NCBI GenBank assembly: GCA_001192655.1
Contig: BBVC01000048.1
Coordinates: 1-5,844 of the forward strand
Origin: Caedimonas varicaedens
GTDB taxonomy: Bacteria; Pseudomonadota; Alphaproteobacteria; Caedimonadales; Caedimonadaceae
DNA: 5,844 nucleotides
Reading direction: 5' to 3'
Under the pieces are notes generated by a model, which worked only from the letters and a program-made list of their open reading frames with translations, was not told the origin of the DNA and made no database searches. Shown piece by piece: positions 1 through 3,636 of the stretch. Each line of letters starts with the position of its first letter. Within the stretch, counting starts at the first letter, position 1. The translations under genes and the position numbers were made by a program.

Positions 1-444
1 AGCTATAGAAAGTGGCGGGACTGGAATTTTTATTTCAATCATTTTTGCTTTGGTGAGTTTTGCGCGTTCTCCTCCTGACAAAAACGGACGAAAATTCATG
101 CTCCTAAGATAATGGAATAAAAACTTGTTATTTAGTTCATTGCCTCCCTTTATAACGTGCACATGGTTGTTTGCCCAAAATTTCCCTTCAGTGTATTGGA
201 TTGAATAATTTTCTAAACTTGCTGAACCATCTTCTGCAATCAATACATAATTACCCTCATGGGTAAAACCCTCGACATAATCTTGTATATTATTTGCACC
301 GTAATAGGGAGTTTGACCAGAGATTCGCAAGCTAGACTCAACAGGCTTCCTTTTGTTATTGGCAATATCACAAACCTTTTCTAACTTCTTAAATTCCACT
401 CCGTTTGGGCATTGCTTGGCGATAAGGTCATCAATTCTGCTCAT
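1..444 (-). CDS. hsdS: Type I restriction-modification specificity subunit HsdS, N-terminal part only (148 codons; the gene continues past the left edge)
   Basis: This ORF is not in the supplied track because it has no stop in the window. I translated the minus strand from ATG 444-442 by hand. All 148 triplets down to position 1 are open (no tta/cta/tca in plus-strand frame 1). The product is MSRIDDLIAKQCPNGVEFKKLEKVCDIANNKRKPVESSLRISGQTPYYGANNIQDYVEGFTHEGNYVLIAEDGSASLENYSIQYTEGKFWANNHVHVIKGGNELNNKFLFHYLRSMNFRPFLSGGERAKLTKAKMIEIKIPVPPLSIA. It has the usual HsdS TRD pattern: ..PYYGANN..DY.., FWANNHVHV, then K..L..IKIPVPPL leading into the conserved spacer. The start overlaps the hsdM stop (ATGA at 441-444). 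Confidence 0.85.
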   Translation of the reverse strand, partial: MSRIDDLIAKQCPNGVEFKKLEKVCDIANNKRKPVESSLRISGQTPYYGANNIQDYVEGFTHEGNYVLIAEDGSASLENYSIQYTEGKFWANNHVHVIKGGNELNNKFLFHYLRSMNFRPFLSGGERAKLTKAKMIEIKIPVPPLSIA

Positions 445-2012
445 GAGGCTTCTCCTTCAAGGTCTGCCACAATTGCATCAATCTGCGTGCGTAATTCTAC
501 TTGGCGTTTAACAATTTGTGCGATTTGGGCATTTAGCTCCGTTATATCCACGACCTCGCGCATGTCCTTTTGCACAACATATGAGCTGGCGCTGATATTG
601 TAATCCTTTTCGACAATCTCGGCACACTCCACAAGGCGCGAAAAGTGTTCATGGCTTGTCCTGTTGGTATAGCAATCGAGAATTTTCCTCATGTTCGCGT
701 TTGTCAGCTTGTTTTTGGCCGACCCGCGCACGAATTCCGCGCTTCCGTCGATAAACAGCGTCTTGTTGTCCGCCTTGTTCTTTTTTAAGACCAGGATGCA
801 GGTGGCGATGGTCGTGCCAAAGAACAAATCGGGCGGAAGCTGAACAACCGCCTCTATGAAGTTGTTGTCGATCAGGTATTGCCTGATCTTCTGCTCTGAT
901 CCTCCGCGATACATCACTCCAGGGAAACAAACGATGGCCGCCGTGCCGTTCGTTGCCAGCCACGAAAGCGCGTGCATGACAAAAGCCAAATCTGCCTTTG
1001 ATTTCGGTGCAAGGATTCCGACGGGAGTGAAACGCTCGTCGTTAATCAGGATCGGGTTCGCATCGCCGTCCCATCTGATTGAATAAGGCGGATTGGAAAC
1101 GATGGCTTCAAAAGGTTCGTCGTCCCAATGCTTGGGATCGATCAGCGTATCCCCATGCGCAATGTCAAACTGTTCATAGTTGATGTCGTGCAGGAACATA
1201 TTGATACGACACAGATTGTAGGTCGTGATATTGATTTCCTGCCCGAAAAAGCCATTGCGGACATTCTCCTTGCCCAGCACCTTGGCGAACTTCAACAGGA
1301 GAGAGCCGGAACCGCAGGCGGGGTCATAGACCTTGTTCACCTCGGTCTTGCCAGCAACGGCAATGCGGGTCAGCAATTCGGAAACTTCTTGCGGTGTAAA
1401 AAACTCACCGCCTGATTTTCCTGCATTGGCGGCGTACATGGTCATCAGGTATTCGTAGGCGTCGCCGAACAGATCAATTGAGTTATCGCCATAATTGCCA
1501 AGGTTCAGATCGCCGATGGCGTTCATCAGTTTGACAAGAACCTCATTTCGTTTTGGCACCGTCGCGCCCAGCTTGTTGCTGTTGACGTCGATATCGTCAA
1601 ACAAGCCCTTCATATCGCTTTCGCTGTTTGTTCCTTTGGCCGAGCTTTCGATGTTATGGAAAACCTTCTCAAGGGTTTCATTCAGGTTGGCATCGGCGCT
1701 GGCGTGTTTGCGAACATTCTCGAATAGCTCACTGGGGTGAACAAAGAATCCTTTTTCTTCAAGGATAATTTCACGGCCATGTTCTGCTTGCGCATCATCA
1801 AGCGCGGCATAGTCAAAATCTTTTTCTCCTGCCTCGCGTTGCTTTTCGTTGATGTAAGAGGAGAGGTTCTCGGAGATAAAACGATAGAACAGCATGCCAA
1901 GGACATATTGCTTGAAATCCCATCCGTCCACGCTCCCACGCAGATCGTTCGCAATTCGCCAGATCGTCGCGTGTAGCGCACTCCGTTCCTGTTCTTTTTT
2001 GTTATTCGTCAT
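441..2012 (-). CDS. hsdM: Type I restriction-modification DNA methyltransferase subunit HsdM (N6-adenine, gamma class), EcoR124I/type IC-like
   Basis: A 523-aa ORF. The HsdM N-terminal domain is present (WRIANDLRGSVDGWDFKQYVLGMLFYRFISENL). Also present are GGEFFTPQEV, the AdoMet motif I DPACGSGS (nt 1302-1325, checked codon by codon) and the catalytic motif IV NPPY (nt 1083-1094, checked). Long stretches match my memory of EcoR124I HsdM: GFFGQEIN.TTYNL.R.NMFLH.INY, NDERF.P.G.LAPKSKAD.AFV.HAL, AAIVCFPG..YRGG.EQKIRQYL.DNN, LFFGTTIA. That recollection needs an alignment to confirm. Confidence 0.97.
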   Translation of the reverse strand: MTNNKKEQERSALHATIWRIANDLRGSVDGWDFKQYVLGMLFYRFISENLSSYINEKQREAGEKDFDYAALDDAQAEHGREIILEEKGFFVHPSELFENVRKHASADANLNETLEKVFHNIESSAKGTNSESDMKGLFDDIDVNSNKLGATVPKRNEVLVKLMNAIGDLNLGNYGDNSIDLFGDAYEYLMTMYAANAGKSGGEFFTPQEVSELLTRIAVAGKTEVNKVYDPACGSGSLLLKFAKVLGKENVRNGFFGQEINITTYNLCRINMFLHDINYEQFDIAHGDTLIDPKHWDDEPFEAIVSNPPYSIRWDGDANPILINDERFTPVGILAPKSKADLAFVMHALSWLATNGTAAIVCFPGVMYRGGSEQKIRQYLIDNNFIEAVVQLPPDLFFGTTIATCILVLKKNKADNKTLFIDGSAEFVRGSAKNKLTNANMRKILDCYTNRTSHEHFSRLVECAEIVEKDYNISASSYVVQKDMREVVDITELNAQIAQIVKRQVELRTQIDAIVADLEGEAS

Positions 2013-2284
2013 TCCAGATTCCTTTTTAACGCAATCGGTTCCGCGCCTTGCAGATCAAGGAGGCAGACCAGGTATTTGCTTTTGTCACTTCTGGCTTTCT
2101 TGTTCTCGCTAGCCTTGCGGTTTTGCGCTGCCACCCATTTTTCGAGTTCTTTTTTAGAAAAGCGCCATGATCCGCCGACTTTAAAGCCTGGTATTTCGCC
2201 GTCTGAAACCAAGCTGTAGACGGTCTTATCTGCCAGCTTTAGCATTTCTGCTACTTCACGAACGGTAAGAATGTCTTCTTTCAT
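2009..2284 (-). CDS. Small excisionase-family (HTH_17 / MerR-superfamily) DNA-binding protein, first gene of the hsdM-hsdS cassette
   Basis: From ATG 2284-2282 the product is MKEDILTVREVAEMLKLADKTVYSLVSDGEIPGFKVGGSWRFSKKELEKWVAAQNRKASENKKARSDKSKYLVCLLDLQGAEPIALKRNLE (91 aa). The first ~50 aa follow the excisionase-type HTH pattern (LT..E.A..L......VY.L...G.IP..K.G...RF....L..W). The stop TGA 2011-2009 overlaps the hsdM ATG 2012-2010. The track ORF begins further upstream at a TTG (2332), but those 16 extra residues (MPYFLICKLIHRVRSS) look non-native. The start is uncertain because no clear SD lies before either candidate. Confidence 0.75.
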   Translation of the reverse strand: MKEDILTVREVAEMLKLADKTVYSLVSDGEIPGFKVGGSWRFSKKELEKWVAAQNRKASENKKARSDKSKYLVCLLDLQGAEPIALKRNLE

Positions 2285-2392
2285 ACTGGATCGTACCCGG
2301 TGAATCAGTTTACAAATAAGAAAATACGGCAAAATTCTCCAATCGTGAAGCTTTCTTTTTTCAACGCATTTTTCTTACCATGAAAACAAAAT

Positions 2393-2500
2393 TATATAGC
2401 TAAACTGCTATAAAATGATCATATTTTTTATCTTTAAACCTTTGAAATTCTGAAAAAATCTCTTACTATTTTTATCATTTTAAAGAGTATTAGCTATATA
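2393..2500. repeat. Perfect 11-bp inverted repeat pair (tatatagctaa at 2393-2403, ttagctatata at 2490-2500) in the AT-rich region upstream of the HTH-hsdM operon
   Basis: The two arms are exact reverse complements, checked base by base; the match breaks at 2392/2501. A related perfect palindrome ttagctaa sits at 2512-2519, abutting the IS end. The left arm overlaps a perfect minus-strand TATAAT (plus coordinates 2391-2396). The right arm contains a plus-strand TATATA (2495-2500) with TTATCA 17 bp upstream (2472-2477). Confidence 0.5.
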
Positions 2501-2519
2501 GAGACATTCATTTAGCTAA

Positions 2520-2535
2520 CCCGAATATTTCATGA
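2520..2535. repeat. Left terminal inverted repeat of the IS1380-family remnant
   Basis: See the mobile_element entry: 14/16 identity with the reverse complement of 3041-3056. Confidence 0.75.
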
Positions 2536-2595
2536 TATTGAGTATTAAAAGTTCTTAAATAATTGTTTTATAGGTTTTTAAGGATACATTTACTC

Positions 2596-2879
2596 ATGAC
2601 AGATTGTCTTCCATCTCCTATTTGTTTGCCTGCCTTTAAAGGTCGGAAGATCGAGGTTAATTTTGAGGGTGGGGATGTGACAAGCGATGGTGGGATTGTT
2701 CTGCTCCAACAGATAGATCAGAAACTTGGATTGACGGAAAAGATTTCCTGTAGATTTTTTGACAAACAAGATCCATGCGTATTACGAAAAACACGCGACG
2801 CATCCGCTTGATGCTCTCTAGTCACTATCCCTTCAGGGAACTTTTTACCCAAGTTCTTTTGAAACTTATCCCGACTTAA
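2596..2879 (+). pseudogene. IS1380-family transposase remnant: N-terminal ~60 codons joined out of frame to the last ~30 codons
   Basis: From ATG 2596 the product is MTDCLPSPICLPAFKGRKIEVNFEGGDVTSDGGIVLLQQIDQKLGLTEKISCRFFDKQDP..., with a stop at 2809-2811. This matches the family N-terminus (F.G....TSD.G..LL...D..LGL). In a different frame, nt 2781-2879 read ITKNTRRIRLMLSSHYPFRELFTQVLLKLIPT*. That resembles the family C-terminus (compare ISEcp1 ...KTARYVIMKLSENYPYKGVYEKCLV as I recall it). The whole DDE catalytic core is missing. The deletion junction is near 2770-2790. Confidence 0.75.
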
Positions 2880-3040
2880 TAATCAACGTGCTACCCCGGC
2901 ACGGAAAAAACAATGGGGGAAAGGGGGAACTTTGTCTAAAATCAGAAAATAACCCAAAAAGTAGCCAAAAATACTCACAAATCATCTCATTCTATGATAA
3001 TAATCAATCTTATACATGTATGAAAAGTATAGAAAAAGCT

Positions 3041-3056
3041 TCATGAAACATCCGGG
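3041..3056. repeat. Right terminal inverted repeat of the IS1380-family remnant
   Basis: See the mobile_element entry: 14/16 identity with the reverse complement of 2520-2535. Confidence 0.75.
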
Positions 3057-3156
3057 CTAGTGAGTAGATACCGATCAAAGCTTGCATCTTTGCTTGCTTT
3101 TTGATGTCATCTTCATTCTTTGGAAAGAGTGCCAAGAATCTAACTTATTGATTAAC

Positions 3157-3185
3157 CTGACATATTTGAATACTTCCACAATATT
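3157..3185 (+). promoter_or_regulatory. Candidate sigma70-type promoter upstream of the AlpA-like gene
   Basis: The candidate has cTGACA (3157-3162), an exact 17-bp spacer and AATATT (3180-3185). It overlaps the 7-bp inverted repeat at 3171-3198. It would give a ~155-nt leader. The background is AT-rich, so chance matches are likely. Confidence 0.25.
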
Positions 3186-3198
3186 TTCTGCGGAAGTA
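3171..3198. repeat. Inverted repeat: 7-bp stem tacttcc / ggaagta with a 14-nt AT-rich loop
   Basis: The arms at 3171-3177 and 3192-3198 are exact reverse complements, checked base by base. Confidence 0.45.
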
Positions 3199-3302
3199 GA
3201 TGTGCAATTGTATTTATATGATATTAATTCATTCTTTAACTTGCACACTACAGAAAGTTAGCTGCGAAGCTTTTTTCTTTCTCTCCCTTTATTTATGCTT
3301 GC

Positions 3303-3331
3303 TGTTGTTATCCTTGTTTCATTCAACAACA
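3303..3331. repeat. Inverted repeat: 7-bp stem tgttgtt / aacaaca with a 15-nt loop, immediately upstream of the AlpA-like RBS
   Basis: The arms at 3303-3309 and 3325-3331 are exact reverse complements. A weaker 6-bp pair, taactt (3237-3242) / aagtta (3255-3260), lies upstream. Confidence 0.4.
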
Positions 3332-3334
3332 TGT

Positions 3335-3338
3335 GAGG
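3335..3338 (+). promoter_or_regulatory. Shine-Dalgarno sequence (GAGG) for the AlpA-like gene
   Basis: GAGG lies 7 nt upstream of ATG 3346. Confidence 0.55.
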
Positions 3339-3345
3339 TCATCTT

Positions 3346-3567
3346 ATGCACGATCATAGACACGACTTGTCAACTCATCGACTTTTAAGCTGCAGAGAAG
3401 CTGCAAACTTTCTTGGCCTTAAAGAGAGTACGCTGGCAACATGGAAATCCACAAAGCGGCAATATCTTCCTGTGGTGGAGGTAGGCAGACTGGCGCGTTA
3501 TCGTATGTCCGATCTTCTGGATTACATTAACAACAGAATGCAGGGCTCAAACTTTCCACAGGATTAA
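3346..3567 (+). CDS. AlpA / excisionase-family HTH DNA-binding protein (73 aa)
   Basis: The product is MHDHRHDLSTHRLLSCREAANFLGLKESTLATWKSTKRQYLPVVEVGRLARYRMSDLLDYINNRMQGSNFPQD. It follows the excisionase/AlpA pattern (LL...EAA..LG....TL..W......LP....GR...Y...DL..). It has a good RBS. It sits directly upstream of a DUF3987 gene, the canonical alpA-yfjI arrangement of CP4-57-type islands. Confidence 0.8.
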   Translation: MHDHRHDLSTHRLLSCREAANFLGLKESTLATWKSTKRQYLPVVEVGRLARYRMSDLLDYINNRMQGSNFPQD

Positions 3568-3623
3568 ATCTTCATGCCCATTGTTAACGACGGGATCCAT
3601 TGGAATATCGCAGAAAGTACGTC

Positions 3624-3627
3624 CGGA
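3624..3627 (+). promoter_or_regulatory. Shine-Dalgarno-like GGAG ahead of the DUF3987 gene
   Basis: GGAG lies 9 nt before GTG 3637 and 5 nt before the out-of-frame ATG 3633. Confidence 0.4.
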
Positions 3628-3636
3628 GTAAAATGA

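Larger units (their letters stand above)
2520..3056 (+). mobile_element. Internally deleted IS1380-family insertion sequence (non-autonomous, MITE-like derivative, ~537 bp; ends uncertain by 4 bp)
   Basis: Terminal inverted repeats match 14/16: cccgaatatttcatga (2520-2535) against the reverse complement of tcatgaaacatccggg (3041-3056), which is cccggatgtttcatga. The match is 17/20 if ctaa (2516-2519) and ctag (3057-3060) are included. The IRs start with CC, as in IS1380-family ends. They bracket N- and C-terminal fragments of an IS1380-type transposase. Confidence 0.8.

Noticed and set aside
412-2112. Eight ORFs from the track (412-603+, 649-963-, 856-1086+, 1128-1415+, 1495-1740+, 1682-1981-, 1737-1976+, 1894-2112+) lie inside or antisense to hsdM.
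   Set aside because: All are shadow or alternative-frame ORFs within a gene whose own frame carries unmistakable HsdM motifs. Their products are low-complexity or Arg/Ser-rich with no recognisable domains, as expected in a GC-richer segment.
2285-2332. A TTG-initiated 16-codon N-terminal extension of the HTH ORF (MPYFLICKLIHRVRSS).
   Set aside because: The extension precedes the conserved start of the HTH fold, uses a rare start codon and has an odd composition. ATG 2284 gives a standard-length excisionase-type N-terminus. I kept it as an alternative only.
2285-2420. A full sigma70 promoter call for the HTH-hsdM-hsdS operon.
   Set aside because: A perfect minus-strand TATAAT exists (2391-2396), but the -35 candidates at 16-18 bp spacing match TTGACA at only 0-2 of 6 positions. 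Other combinations, such as TTGCCG with TAAACT, have the wrong spacing. I report this only as part of the inverted-repeat finding.
2563-2595. A TTG start for the 82-aa ORF (MFYRFLRIHLL...).
   Set aside because: Similarity to the IS1380 family begins after the internal ATG at 2596, and the gene is a remnant in any case.
2887-2903. A GC-rich hairpin, cgtgc-taccccg-gcacg, just after the transposase remnant stop, considered as a possible terminator.
   Set aside because: The stem is only 5 bp and is followed by an A-run rather than a T-run on the plus strand. On the minus strand the T-run precedes the stem. It is not a convincing intrinsic terminator.
2915-2929. A tandem G-rich motif, gggggaa a gggggaa, inside the IS remnant.
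   Set aside because: There are only two copies, with no wider periodicity. It is probably part of the subterminal sequence of the IS, and I cannot assign it a function.
3200-3388. A 62-aa ORF (MCNCIYMILIHSLTCTLQKVSCEAFFFLSLYLCLLLLSLF...).
   Set aside because: It has Cys/Leu/Phe-rich low-complexity composition typical of translating AT/T-rich non-coding DNA. It has no RBS and it runs into the well-supported AlpA-like start.
3634-3636. An in-frame TGA before the DUF3987 ORF, considered as evidence of TGA-as-Trp decoding (genetic code 4) or selenocysteine.
   Set aside because: TGA works as a genuine stop for the HTH gene and for hsdM, whose C-terminus ends where EcoR124I-like HsdM proteins end. 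I saw no SECIS-like hairpin directly downstream.
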